Assembly (NCBI GenBank): GCA_964016885.1
Contig: CAXHJY010001706.1
Location: forward strand, 44,105-108,104
From: Eledone cirrhosa
Taxonomy: Eukaryota
Length of the DNA: 64,000 nt
Direction of reading: 5' to 3'
Positions 15,562 to 37,677 of this stretch are shown here, piece after piece; position 1 is the stretch's first letter; each line of letters begins with the position of its first letter. The notes below the pieces were generated by a model. That model ran no database searches, had not been told where the DNA came from, and saw only the letters and a program-made list of their open reading frames with translations. The position numbers and the translations under genes are program-made.

Positions 15562-16798
15562 TATATTATATTTAGAGTTTAAACTCAAAGTCATTTACAA
15601 TTAATCAGCTCGAAGAAAGAAGCATTTCCATATATGATAACACATATGTGTTTGTATTGTAAGAGACAAAGTTAGCGAGAACGAAATAAACTAATTAAAG
15701 TGAATATAATTTGTCTGTCTCGATATAAGTCAATAAAGACAATCTTATATTGGCAAAAGCCGTGATTCCTGGACAAATTTAAATTTCAAAATCCAAACCA
15801 TGCTCCGTAGATGAATTTGAACTTCGAAGCCTAAATATGTTTCGCAACGATGGTACATGAATTGAAATATAAAAAAATTGAAATAAAATTGAAATAAAAA
15901 AGTGAAATATTCAAATCTCTGAGCTTATCAACAGGAATCCAGTAAAATTAGTACATTCCACCTTCAAAAATTTTGCAGGACTGATTACATGTGGTGTAGC
16001 CAGCTATATTAGCCATCCTATACTCCCCGTGCTAGAAATAACAACCGTTTATATGGGATTAAAAATTAGCTCTACAGTTCGAAGTTCAAATTCATCTACG
16101 GAGCAGGTTTGGATTTTGAAATTTAAAATTTGTCAGGAATCACGGCTTTTGCCAATATAAGCTTGTCTTTATTGACTTATATCGAGACAGACAAATTGCA
16201 TTCACTTTAATTAGTTTATTTCGTTCTAGCTAACTTTGTCTCTTACAATACAAACACGTATGTGTTTATCATATATATTAATATATAACTTGTATTTCAC
16301 TGCTCGGAAATGCTTCTTTTTTGAGCTGATTAATTGTAAATGACTTTGAGTTTAAACTCTAAATATAATATAGTATATAACTGTAGAGCTAATTTTTAAT
16401 CCCATCTGCCTATACAACGTGTAATCAGTCCTGCAAAATTTTTGAAGGTGGAATGTACTAATTTTACTGGATTCCTGTTGATAAGCACAGAAGATTTGAA
16501 TATTTCACTTTTTATTTCAATTTTATTTCAATTTTTTTTATATTTCAATTCATGTACCATCGTTGCGAAAACATATTAAGGCTTCGAAGTTCAAATTCAT
16601 CTACGGAGCAGGTTTGTATTTTGAAATTTAAATTTGTCCAGGAATCACGGCTTTTGCCAATATAAGCTTGTCTTTATTGACTTATATCGAGACAGACAAA
16701 TTGTATTCACTTTAATTAATTTATTTCGTTCTAGCTAACTTTGTCTCTTACAATACAAACACGTATGTGTTTATCATATATATTAATATATAACTTGT
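15561..16798. repeat. ~506-bp tandem-unit element with an internal inversion (1 unit minus, ~1.4 units plus); retrozyme/pLTR-like
   Basis: CGAAGTTCAAATTCATCTACGGAGCAGG at 16080 and 16586. 15561-16079 is a diverged reverse complement of the unit. Flanked by (TA)n. Confidence 0.8.
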
Positions 16799-17054
16799 AT
16801 ATATATATATACATATATGTGTATATATATATATATAAATAAAGTTAATATATCTGAGGGTACAAGTTACCCCCAGAAATACATAGGTTGTCTATGATTC
16901 AAGGTGGTTCTATGGTAATAATTTGATATACCAGAACTTAATATCAAGATAAGCAGAACAAGTAAAATTCAACCAATTTTTCAAATAAATCAAAATTAAT
17001 TTACAATTAAAATTAATCAAAATAAAAAAAAATAATATAAATATTTACCTATTC

Positions 17055-17144
17055 AAATGGCCCTAACTGTACAGTTTCACTTTGCAAAACATTAGATATC
17101 ACATGGATATTAATGGAAAAACAAAGATCATCAGAGAATCATTT
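17055..17144 (-). ncRNA. Type-I hammerhead ribozyme (GUU site)
   Basis: Inverted copy of 17217-17306 with a few substitutions. Confidence 0.75.
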
Positions 17145-17216
17145 TCCTTTCCTAGGGTTAAAGAGACGAGGTCATATATTTTATCGTTCCTGAGGTTTTT
17201 TAACCCTAGGAAAGGA

Positions 17217-17306
17217 AAATGCTTCTCTGATGATCTTTGTTTTTCCATTAATATCCATGTGATATCTAATGTTTTGCAAAGTGAAACTGTACAGTAAGGG
17301 CTATTT
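17217..17306 (+). ncRNA. Type-I hammerhead ribozyme (GUA site)
   Basis: AAATGCTTCT-CTGATGA-TCTTTG...CAAAGT-GAAA-CTGTACAG-TA-AGGGCTATTT. Stem III is the palindrome ACTGTACAGT, stem II is long with a U-U first pair, and stem I has G-U pairs. Confidence 0.78.
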
Positions 17307-17417
17307 GAATAGGTAAATATTTATATTATATTTTTTAATTTTGATTAATTTTAATTGTAAATTAATTTTGATTTATTTTGAAAAATTGGTTGAATTTTAC
17401 TTGTTCTGCTTATCTTG

Positions 17418-20358
<2,941 letters not shown>

Positions 20359-20399
20359 ATATATATATATACATATATGTATATATATATATATATATA

Positions 20400-21125
<726 letters not shown>

Positions 21126-21344
21126 GAAGGAGGTGAGTTTTATTGTAATACAATAAAGCAATGCAGATATCGGATAAGAAGCACTCTACAGTTTGTGGGA
21201 CTGGAGTATGCATAATATAAGATCTTTACTATCCTAAATTGCAATATAGTTAAACTTAATATTATTAAGAACAATATACGTAATCTCTTTAACCAACATA
21301 ACCTAAAAATTGAATTTGATAATAGTATCAAACTAGCTAATTTC

Positions 21345-22541
21345 TTGGATGTATCTCTTAATCTTGACACTGGCCTATATTACCCTTACCATAAAAACAA
21401 TGAGAATCTTAATTATGTTAACTTTAAATCTAACCATCCTACCAATATCAAGAATGCTATAGTTAATAATATTGGAAATAGAATATCTAACATATCTTCT
21501 AATAAAAACATCTTTGATGCTAACGCCAATTACTATAATAACGCACTTTCTAAAGCCGGCTATCCAGATAAAATCAAATATAATAAAGAAACAAATTCTA
21601 GGAAAACTTACAGTAGAATATTTAATCATAACCATTCCAATAATTTTAATAAAAGACCTAGATACAAAAACATAATCTGGTATAATGCTCCTTTCTACAT
21701 CTCTATTAATAACAATATTCCTAAATTATTTTTTAGTGCCTTAAATAAATGCTTCCCTCCCTCACATATCTATAGTAAAATATTTAACAAACACACCATC
21801 AAATTTTCGTATTCTACATCCTCCAATATTTCCAACATCATCTCTAAACACAACAACAAAATATTAAATACTAAATCTCTTCCTTCCAATATTGAATTTC
21901 ATAATAACAGTAATAGTACTCCTGACGTCATTATAAACCCTAGGCTAACTTCTGTAAACCCAAATGCAACGTCAAACACAACTTCGCTAAATGTTCATAA
22001 TCCAACTCTAAATCAAGAAACTATTATTCCTATTATTCCTATCGCAAACAACTTCTCCAATCCAATTCCTTCTATAGATAACACTAGATCACTCATTAAT
22101 AATCTCTCTAATTGCAACTGCCGCATTAAAAATAAATGTCCTCTCAACAACCATTGCCTCGATAAAAACTTAATTTATGAATGTAAAATTATAACTAGCA
22201 CCAATTCCTTCACCTATTTTGGCTCCACTTCCACCTCTTTTAAAGCTCGTCTCTATAATCATCATTCATCTTTCAAATACAAACTTAAAAGAACTAACAC
22301 TGCTCTCTCAGAACTCATATGGTCCTTAAAAGACAAAAACATTAAATATAACATCTTTTGGAAAAAGATTTCTTCTGCATCCTCATACTTGAACAGCTCT
22401 CTATCTAAAATCTGTAATCTCTGCCTAAATGAAAAATTTACCATTATCTCTAACCTAGAATCCATAATAAATAGACGCTCAGATTTGTTTTCTATCTGCC
22501 TGCATAAATTCCATAGAACTTTTCACAAAGTATACAGTTAA
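21345..22541 (+). CDS. PLE ORF, C-terminal part (RT thumb, CxCx5Cx5C linker, GIY-YIG endonuclease); 5'-truncated
   Basis: FLDVSL..YPYHK..YVNFKSNHP, IIWYNAPF, IKFSYS, CNCRIKNKCPLNNHC, LIYEC..TYFGST..FKARLYNH, CNLCLNEK..I..N. Confidence 0.9.
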   Translation: MDVSLNLDTGLYYPYHKNNENLNYVNFKSNHPTNIKNAIVNNIGNRISNISSNKNIFDANANYYNNALSKAGYPDKIKYNKETNSRKTYSRIFNHNHSNNFNKRPRYKNIIWYNAPFYISINNNIPKLFFSALNKCFPPSHIYSKIFNKHTIKFSYSTSSNISNIISKHNNKILNTKSLPSNIEFHNNSNSTPDVIINPRLTSVNPNATSNTTSLNVHNPTLNQETIIPIIPIANNFSNPIPSIDNTRSLINNLSNCNCRIKNKCPLNNHCLDKNLIYECKIITSTNSFTYFGSTSTSFKARLYNHHSSFKYKLKRTNTALSELIWSLKDKNIKYNIFWKKISSASSYLNSSLSKICNLCLNEKFTIISNLESIINRRSDLFSICLHKFHRTFHKVYS

Positions 22542-23785
22542 TATTCAATTCTTTATCCATTTAGAATCTTTTCTCAAAGGCACATATACATACACCTCTT
22601 TAAAATATACCCATCTACCTTACTTTAAAGGGCATTATACACTCTATAATACTCGTTTACTCATTACCCTCATTCTATCTTCTCGTAAAACAATAACATT
22701 TGTTTTTGACATTTTGAATATTCATCCGCAATCATTATTATTTTTTCTCTCTATCATAAATCTTTTTAATCTCAATTTCATCCTTAATTTATTATTATAT
22801 TTTTTTTTAATATATACTCATATATTCTTTAAAATATACCCATCTACCTTACTTTAAAGGGCATTATACACTCTATAATACTCGTTTACTCATTACCCTC
22901 ATTCTATCTTCGCGTAAAACAATAACATTTGTTTTTGACATTTTGAGTATTCATCCGCAATCATTATTATTTTTTCTCTCTATCATAAATCTTTTTAATC
23001 TCAATTTCATCCTTAATTTATTATTATTTTTTTCTCCCCATCAACGAACTCATTATTAATACATATGAATTCAATATACAAACTTTAACTTCACATTATT
23101 TTTCTCAAATCCTTCTACACATAAACTTTTTTTCTCTTTGCTAATTTTGAAATTCCCACAATACATACATTTCTTCTTTTGACGTTAGAATATTCACCCA
23201 CAATTATTATTTTTTTCTCTCTATCTTCATACATAATTTCCCTTCGTTAATTTTCAAATTCCTTTAATTTATACATTATCTTCCAACGGTTCCCAACCTC
23301 TCTATATTAAAACATTATATCTTTTTCTCAGTTATAAAAACTATCTCTTTCTCTCTATCACCCATCTCTCCCTTTCCACCTTCACTCTCATCTCCTCCCC
23401 TTTTTTTCATCCTTTCCAGCCCCCCCCCCCCTCCCTAAATAAAATATTTTTTCCTCGCACATATCCTCCCTTCGTTAATTTTCAAAATTTTTAATTTATA
23501 CAGTATCTTCCAACGGCAAAATTTTTAATTTATACAGTATCTTCCAACGGTTTTCAACCCCTCTATATAAAATATATCTCCTCTCAGTTATAAAAACTAT
23601 CTCTTTCTCTCTATCACCCATCTCTCCCTCTCATCTCCTTCCCTTTTCATCCTTTTCTCCCCCCCCCCCCTCTCTAAATAAAATATTTTTCCCAATATCA
23701 CACATCAATCTAAAACCACTTTTCATATGTTGATTTAAAACTGCACTATCAACAAGTGTTTTTTAGCCTTCATATCATGTTCTCC

Positions 23786-23856
23786 TGTTTTATCTGATGA
23801 AAACACAAATATTATTGTTTGATGATGTTTGTTTTTGAAATGCGCATAATAAAATA
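23786..23856 (+). ncRNA. Minimal type-I hammerhead ribozyme (PLE family 1, AUA site)
   Basis: TGTTTTAT-CTGATGA-[~16-bp stem II AAACACAAATATTATT/GATGATGTTTGTTTTT]-GAAA-TGCGCA-TA-ATAAAATA. Stem III is the palindrome ATGCGCAT. Confidence 0.88.
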
Positions 23857-23886
23857 TATGGAACTCCTTTAACCATCTTTTGATCT

Positions 23887-25098
<1,212 letters not shown>

Positions 25099-25115
25099 TA
25101 TATATATATATGCAT

Positions 25116-29033
<3,918 letters not shown>

Positions 29034-29107
29034 TATAAACATACAGAATATTTTCGAATATTCTATATCTACGCGTTTCATTCTTGTTAGAATTCATCAG
29101 GACCACA

Positions 29108-30699
29108 TTATAAACATACAGAATATTTTCGAATATTCTATATCTATATTCACATATATATCGCTATTTCAGAGCATTTATTCCAATTTCTAATTTCTGC
29201 CGGACCGGCAACCGCTCTTTCAAACCAGTTCCTGTACACAGCTAAGTATTCTATAAGTCTCTAGCTGTGTCATTCTCGATAAAAGCACTGGATATGTGGT
29301 CCTGATGAATTCTAACAAGAATGAAACGCGTAGATTACTTCCCTTGCTTTTATCGAGAATCTAATTGTAATACGTGACGTATTCTATTCTATAGCGATTA
29401 GGTCTTCAAAATGTTTATTATAAACATACAGAATATTTTCGAATATTCTATATCTATATTCACATATATATCGCTATTTCAGAGCATTTATTCCAATTTC
29501 TAATTTCTGCCGGACCGGCAACCGCTCTTTCAAACCAGTTCCTGTACACAGCTAAGTATTCTATAAGTCTCTAGCTGTGTCATTCTCGATAAAAGCACTG
29601 GATATGTGGTCCTGATGAATTCTAACAAGAATGAAACGCGTAGATTACTTCCCTTGCTTTTATCGAGAATCTAATTGTAATACGTGACGTATTCTATTCT
29701 ATAGCGATTAGGTCTTCAAAATGTTTATTATAAACATACAGAATATTTTCGAATATTCTATATCTATATTCACATATATATCGCTATTTCAGAGCATTTA
29801 TTCCAATTTCTAATTTCTGCCGGACCGGCAACCGCTCTTTCAAACCAGTTCCTGTACACAGCTAAGTATTCTATAAGTCTCTAGCTGTGTCATTCTCGAT
29901 AAAAGCACTGGATATGTGGTCCTGATGAATTCTAACAAGAATGAAACGCGTAGATTACTTCCCTTGCTTTTATCGAGAATCTAATTGTAATACGTGACGT
30001 ATTCTATTCTATAGCGATTAGGTCTTCAAAATGTTTATTATAAACATACAGAATATTTTCGAATATTCTATATCTATATTCACATATATATCGCTATTTC
30101 AGAGCATTTATTCCAATTTCTAATTTCTGCCGGACCGGCAACCGCTCTTTCAAACCAGTTCCTGTACACAGCTAAGTATTCTATAAGTCTCTAGCTGTGT
30201 CATTCTCGATAAAAGCACTGGATATGTGGTCCTGATGAATTCTAACAAGAATGAAACGCGTAGATTACTTCCCTTGCTTTTATCGAGAATCTAATTGTAA
30301 TACGTGACGTATTCTATTCTATAGCGATTAGGTCTTCAAAATGTTTATTATAAACATACAGAATATTTTCGAATATTCTATATCTATATTCACATATATA
30401 TCGCTATTTCAGAGCATTTATTCCAATTTCTAATTTCTGCCGGACCGGCAACCGCTCTTTCAAACCAGTTCCTGTACACAGCTAAGTATTCTATAAGTCT
30501 CTAGCTGTGTCATTCTCGATAAAAGCACTGGATATGTGGTCCTGATGAATTCTAACAAGAATGAAACGCGTAGATTACTTCCCTTGCTTTTATCGAGAAT
30601 CTAATTGTAATACGTGACGTATTCTATTCTATAGCGATTAGGTCTTCAAAATGTTTATTATAACATACAGAATATTTTCGAATATTCTATATCTATATT
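29108..30699 (+). repeat. Same 310-bp array in the opposite orientation (5.1 units)
   Basis: Reverse complement of the left array, with hammerheads starting at 29296, 29606, 29916, 30226 and 30536. Confidence 0.93.
29296..29338 (+). ncRNA. Minimal type-I hammerhead ribozyme of the 310-bp unit (representative of 16 complete copies; GUA site)
   Basis: GTGGTC-CTGATGA-ATTCT(AACA)AGAAT-GAAA-CGCG-TA-GATTAC. Stem I is extended by a perfect 16-bp helix ATTCTCGATAAAAGCA/TGCTTTTATCGAGAAT. Confidence 0.92.
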
Positions 30700-32083
<1,384 letters not shown>

Positions 32084-32425
32084 AATTCACACAGCCACAA
32101 AACAAAACCACAAGACAAAACCAAACAAACAAAAAATTGACCGGTTAATACATTTACATACATCTATATTATTATATATTTGAAAATTGACCGGTTAATA
32201 CATTTACATACATCTATATTATTATATATTTGAAACCACGTGTTTTCGAACTTGTGAGTACATTTTCCTTTAACTACAAATTATTATTATATACTTTAGT
32301 CTTTTCATTAACTTAATTAATTTCAAATAACCAGAATATACATATATATATATATATATACTCATATTTATATATATACTCTTCTCACTCACACACAAGA
32401 AAAACAAAAAAACAAAAATAAATAA

Positions 32426-32458
<33 letters not shown>

Positions 32459-32498
32459 TGAAATACTTAACTAAAACACACACACACTCAAAACTAGA

Positions 32499-33650
32499 AT
32501 GGTTAACCAGCAAAAATCCAAACAGAACTGGTCTGATAATGAAATCGACATTCTAATAAACACATGGCATTGCCTTTCCCAAACAGAAGACATACATGCT
32601 TCATCTCTGAACGACATTGCTAAACGTACATTTCAATTTTTGAAAACTCGATCTGAACAACAGATTCAAAATAAATTAAAGCAAATCGAAATTGCTTTTA
32701 AATTAATCAATAAACATTTGGATAAACTACGGTGTGTTTTCTCTTCGAATGCTGTCCAGCAGCAGCAACAACAACAACAGCAGCTACAACAGCAACAACA
32801 ACAACAGCTACAACAACAACATCAACAACAGCAACAACAACAACAACGACAACAACAGTGTGAACCACTCCTTGATTCATCAACAATGGCCGATCTACTA
32901 AATGAAACTATTGACCCCCTAGTAGCCTCTGTCTCACAGCATGAAACGCCACATCCTTTCTCTGGCCCAGCAGTCCAATCATCACCACTGCCAACATCTC
33001 TGCCTACTACTACTACTACTACTACAACATTTTTGTCTACTGCTATGTCAAGGAATTTACCTTCTAATACCAGAACAAGAACTCTCCCTCCCACAGTCCA
33101 CAAAGGTCGTCAAATCCTACCCAAACCATCATCTACACCTCTCACAACACACACACCCACATACCCACCCACTCGAAACCCCATCATTTGCCGCTACTCT
33201 CTACGCTATAGAATATGTACGGATAGTGGCTGAAAATTCACCCATTTACCTAGGACAAAACGATCTATCCCCACAAACAGCCACCACCATAATACATACT
33301 CTAATTTAACACCAACACAACCACCAATAACTCAAACAAGGAATCCACAAATCTGCCGTTTTTCCCTGCGAGACAGATTGTGTTTAGACCGGGATTGTCC
33401 CTTTACCCATCTCCCGGGGACCCGTCGGACAAATGAAAATAAAATTAAAAATAAAAGCAAAAACAAAAACCATAACCTACATAAAAATAACCACTACCAC
33501 AGTCACCAACAGTCTTCTAAACAGGAAACTTCTTCCTCTTTTTTAGCCATAATGAATCTGGCAAAAGAACTGGAAAAAAACATTCGAGCTATCACCCAGC
33601 ACCACCCTCCACTATCACCCCACTGCACAAACTCCCATTGCTGCCATTAA
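32499..33650 (+). CDS. LINE ORF1: Myb/SANT-like N-terminus, polyQ/polyT, two CCCH-type zinc fingers; one in-frame TGA at 33231
   Basis: NWSDNEIDILINTW...RSEQQIQNKLKQI. CRYSLRYRICTDSG*KFTH and CRFSLRDRLCLDRDCPFTH lie in the same frame (track ORFs 32499-33233 and 33378-33650). Confidence 0.75.
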
Positions 33651-36600
33651 CAAACAAACAAATTAACAACACACCAAAACAATTAAAACCATCCACTCTC
33701 GCCTCTACATTTTTGCTTAACGCCCAAGGCATCAGCCCTTCCACCAATACTCAAAAATGGAAGATCAAATTCCTGGAGGACTGGATTGATGTCCATCCAA
33801 ACCACATCCCTTTCTTCGTCCTCACTGAAACCCATCTCAGTAACCTCCACTTGGAAGCCGAGGTGAAAGTGAAAAATTTCAAAGCCATCCGCGCTGATCG
33901 CGCTGGCAGAAGAAAGGGCGGAACTGCCATTTATGTCCATAATTCTTTCTCAACAGAGGCTATGAACATATTCACTAATGGATACTGTGAAGCAGTCACT
34001 GTATTCAGTCAAACCAACAACCTATTAGTAGTTGGGCTCTATAGGCCACCCCAAACGCCTGTACCATGCTTCAAGGAATGCCTCAACAGCATAAAGTGCT
34101 TCATCCAAGAGTGTCACCCTGACAACATCTTAATGATGGGGGACTTCAACCTCCCCGGAGTTGACTGGTCCACAAACAGCCTGCCACCAGGTTCTTCTGC
34201 CTCAACCTCTGACAGGGAAGCTGTGGAATCGCTTCTTGACTTCATGGATGATTTCTTCCTATCCCAACTGGTGCTCGAACCAACGAGGTGCCACAAAAAC
34301 GTCCTAGACTTAATTTTCGGCAATCACACTGACAATATCCACAATATTGCAGTGGAGAAAACTCTACTCTCTGATCATGACATGGTTCTCTGTGATCTGA
34401 GATTCCACCGTCCAATATACAAACCCAATGTCATCTCTCCTGTCCATCCGTTTGACGCTATGGATTTCCACAATGCAAACTGGGAAGTGATCAGTCATGA
34501 TCTTGCACATGTCGACTGGTCCTTCACGCACACTCATACACCCACTAACATCAAAAAGTCCTGGCAGACATTTGTGGACACTGTTACAAACATATGTGCT
34601 AAACACACCCCATTAAGAACTATAAACAAATCTAAGAGCAGAATCCCTAGAAATAGAAAAACGCTCATCAGAAAAATTAAGAGAACGAACAAAAAAATCA
34701 ACAAGCTGAAATACTGTCAGCAGCAACACATCAACTTGACTGCCATTTCATCACTAGAGATTAAAAAACATAACCTCCAAAACAACATAATGTCCCTCAT
34801 CAACAATCAGAGAAGAGCTGAAGAGGCCTGGGCCATTGAGAAGATCAAACTCAATCCCAAAGTGTTCTTTTCATTTGCAAAAAAACACAAAATCACTGGC
34901 TCTACTGTTGGCCCTCTAATTGATGAAAATGGCACTCTTCAGGACAATGCTAAAACCATGGGTGAGATACTGCAGAAACAATACTGCTCTGTTTTCAGCA
35001 ATCCTGATATGGCCGATCTGGGCTGTATCAGCGATGTTACTCCCCATTACACCTTATCGGACATAACGTTTGGCGCCCCTGATGTCTTGGCGGCAATAAA
35101 GGAAATCAAGCATAATTCAGCAGTAGGTCCCGATAGGTTCCCTGCTTGTGTCTTGAAGGCGTGTCAACACCAACTTGCATCTCCTCTTGCCAATCTGTGG
35201 CGGAACTCACTGGATGCTGGATATGTGCCAGAAAACCTTCTATCCCAGTCTGTTGTCCCAGTTTTCAAAAAGGGAAACAAATCCCTTGCCGTGAATTACC
35301 GTCCAATCTCACTCACCTCTCATATCATTAAGGTATTTGAGCGAGTGGTGAGATCGCGAATGACCCACTTCCTTGAGAGTAACAATATGCTGAACTCCAA
35401 CCAGCATGGATTCCGTAATGGAAGGGATTGCCTGACGCAGCTACTGCATCACTTTGATGACATTTTGAGAGCCTTGGGAGAGGGTTCCAACACTGATGTT
35501 ATCTACCTTGATTTCAGCAAGGCCTTTGACAGGGTTGATCATAACATTCTACTGAGAAAACTGTCCAATATTGGTGTCACTGGAAAGCTGCTGCAGTGGA
35601 TCAAGAGCTTCCTGTCAAACAGAACCCAACATGTTGTAGTTGAAGGAGTCAAATCCAGCCCAGCCAAAGTCAGTAGTGGGGTCCCACAAGGCATTGTGTT
35701 GGGTCCACTTCTCTTCATCATCTATATTAATGACATCACTGACATCATCAAACACAGCAACATTAAAATTTTCGCTGATGATTCCAAGCTCCAAAAGGTC
35801 ATCAATGGCATGGATGACCGGATAAGCCTTCAGTCAGACCTACTGGCTGTTACCCAATGGGCAGAAAAGAACAACATGTTACTGAACGAAGACAAATTCG
35901 AACTGATCCACTTTGGAAAAGAGGATGCTCTGAAACTCCCGTACTCCCTTCCCTCCGGGGAAACTCTCGTGGCATCTAACAACATCAGAGACTTGGGAGT
36001 AACCGTGGACAGCAACATAAGCTGGACCACGCATATAAGCAGCAAAGTTGACATGGCCCGCAGAATGTGTTCCTGGATCCTCAGAACCTTCCAGTCGAGA
36101 GATTCCCGCACCATTATCCTTCTCTTCTCTACTTTCGCCCGACCACACCTTGAATACTGTTGTCCACTGTGGTCTCCCCACACGAAACAAAGTATCATGA
36201 AACTTGAAGCTCCTCAAAGGGCAATCACGAAAAAGATAGATGGCATGTCAGACCTTGACTACTGGGGTCGATTAGAAAACCTGAAACTTTACTCACTCCA
36301 ACGTCGCCGTGAGCGTTATATTATCTGCATGATGTGGAAAATGTTCCATCATCACTGCCCAAATGATGTTGGCATCGCCTTCAAGATACACCCAAGGCTT
36401 GGGCCCCGTGCTATCCGTCCCATTCAAAAATCTAAATCGCAACTCATAACAACAATACGGCACAATTATTTCACCTCAATCGGCCCTGCTCTCTTCAACA
36501 TCACACCAGGACACGTCAAAACAGAAACTGACCACACAAAATTCAAGAAGTCTTTGGACAAATTCCTCCAAGTAATCCCGGACAAACCACCCACACCCGG

Positions 36601-36658
36601 ATATGTCTCCGCAAACAGTAATTCTCTTCTCGAATGGGCCATGGTGCCCAAATCCTGA
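33521..36658 (+). CDS. LINE ORF2: APE endonuclease + reverse transcriptase, intact; open from 33521 with no ATG before the endonuclease domain
   Basis: LNAQGI, LTETHL, GLYRPP, MGDFN, LDLIF, SDH; NYRPISLTS, YLDFSKAFD, GVPQG, FADD, RDLGV, RPHLEYC, YSLQRRRER. Confidence 0.95.
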   Translation, partial: TGNFFLFFSHNESGKRTGKKHSSYHPAPPSTITPLHKLPLLPLTNKQINNTPKQLKPSTLASTFLLNAQGISPSTNTQKWKIKFLEDWIDVHPNHIPFFVLTETHLSNLHLEAEVKVKNFKAIRADRAGRRKGGTAIYVHNSFSTEAMNIFTNGYCEAVTVFSQTNNLLVVGLYRPPQTPVPCFKECLNSIKCFIQECHPDNILMMGDFNLPGVDWSTNSLPPGSSASTSDREAVESLLDFMDDFFLSQLVLEPTRCHKNVLDLIFGNHTDNIHNIAVEKTLLSDHDMVLCDLRFHRPIYKPNVISPVHPFDAMDFHNANWEVISHDLAHVDWSFTHTHTPTNIKKSWQTFVDTVTNICAKHTPLRTINKSKSRIPRNRKTLIRKIKRTNKKINKLKYCQQQHINLTAISSLEIKKHNLQNNIMSLINNQRRAEEAWAIEKIKLNPKVFFSFAKKHKITGSTVGPLIDENGTLQDNAKTMGEILQKQYCSVFSNPDMADLGCISDVTPHYTLSDITFGAPDVLAAIKEIKHNSAVGPDRFPACVLKACQHQLASPLANLWRNSLDAGYVPENLLSQSVVPVFKKGNKSLAVNYRPISLTSHIIKVFERVVRSRMTHFLESNNMLNSNQHGFRNGRDCLTQLLHHFDDILRALGEGSNTDVIYLDFSKAFDRVDHNILLRKLSNIGVTGKLLQWIKSFLSNRTQHVVVEGVKSSPAKVSSGVPQGIVLGPLLFIIYINDITDIIKHSNIKIFADDSKLQKVINGMDDRISLQSDLLAVTQWAEKNNMLLNEDKFELIHFGKEDALKLPYSLPSGETLVASNNIRDLGVTVDSNISWTTHISSKVDMARRMCSWILRTFQSRDSRTIILLFSTFARPHLEYCCPLWSPHTKQSIMKLEAPQRAITKKIDGMSDLDYWGRLENLKLYSLQRRRERYIICMMWKMFHHHCPNDVGIAFKIHPRLGPRAIRPIQKSKSQLITTIRHNYFTSIGPALFNITPGHVKTETDHTKFKKSLDKFLQVIPDKPPTPGYVSANSNSLLEWAMVPKS

Positions 36659-36733
36659 ATTGAAAGACTTCGCCAGGTGGTGCTATTAAGTTAGACATGG
36701 CCTAGGCCAATACTGGCCAAAACATTTCAAAGT

Positions 36734-36827
<94 letters not shown>

Positions 36828-36832
36828 CATTA

Positions 36833-36863
<31 letters not shown>

Positions 36864-36895
36864 AATACATATATATATATATATACATATATATA

Positions 36896-37556
36896 ATAAA
36901 TAACAAAGAACGCCTATAGTATATGCATATCTTTACTAGCTAACATTGTTTCATCCGCACTATAAGTGGGACTCATCAGAGCATAAAGGTTAATTACATA
37001 CCATACAAGCAATAACAAATCCAAGACATTGAAGAATGAAAAATAATAGAAGATAAAGGATATTAAGGAAGTAAAAGTAAAAATAAAAATAAAAATAAAA
37101 ATAAAAATAAAAATAAAAATAAAAATAAAAATAAAAATAAAAATAAAAATAAAATAATAAAATAAACAATGAAAAATAAGGGGTGCTATCAGTCACAGTT
37201 GGGCGGGGTGCTGTCAACATATAGTTACATACAAGCATACACATGGATGAGAGAACAGACAAGAGTAGATAAGATAGATAGGATTAGGTAAGAGTAGGTA
37301 AAAAATAGGTGAAAAACAGACTTATAATATATATAAGAAAATATAAAGAAATATATAACAAACTTACATATAAAATATACAGATAATAGTGATACAGGGT
37401 AAGGAATGAAATAAAATAATATAAAATTAAAATTAAAATTATATAAAATAGAACATAATATAATATAATCATAAAATAAGATAAAATAAGGTAAACTAAA
37501 ATAAAATAAAATAGACTAAAGTAAAATAATATAATATAAGATATAATTAAATGTAA

Positions 37557-37588
<32 letters not shown>

Positions 37589-37677
37589 AATTAAATAAAT
37601 AAATAAAATTAAAATTAAAATTAAATGTAAATAAATAAATAAATAAATAAATAAGTAAATAAATAAATAAATAAATA

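Larger units (their letters stand above)
32084..36734 (+). mobile_element. CR1-group LINE family A, apparently full length (5'UTR, ORF1, ORF2, short 3'UTR)
   Basis: Two overlapping ORFs, intact APE+RT, 49-bp duplication in the 5'UTR, 3' end TTTCAAAGTTA followed by (TA)n. Confidence 0.93.

Noticed and set aside
32499-33233. Host polyQ transcription-factor gene
   Set aside because: Intronless, contiguous with and overlapping a LINE ORF2, and the whole unit is bounded by (TA)n, so it is ORF1.
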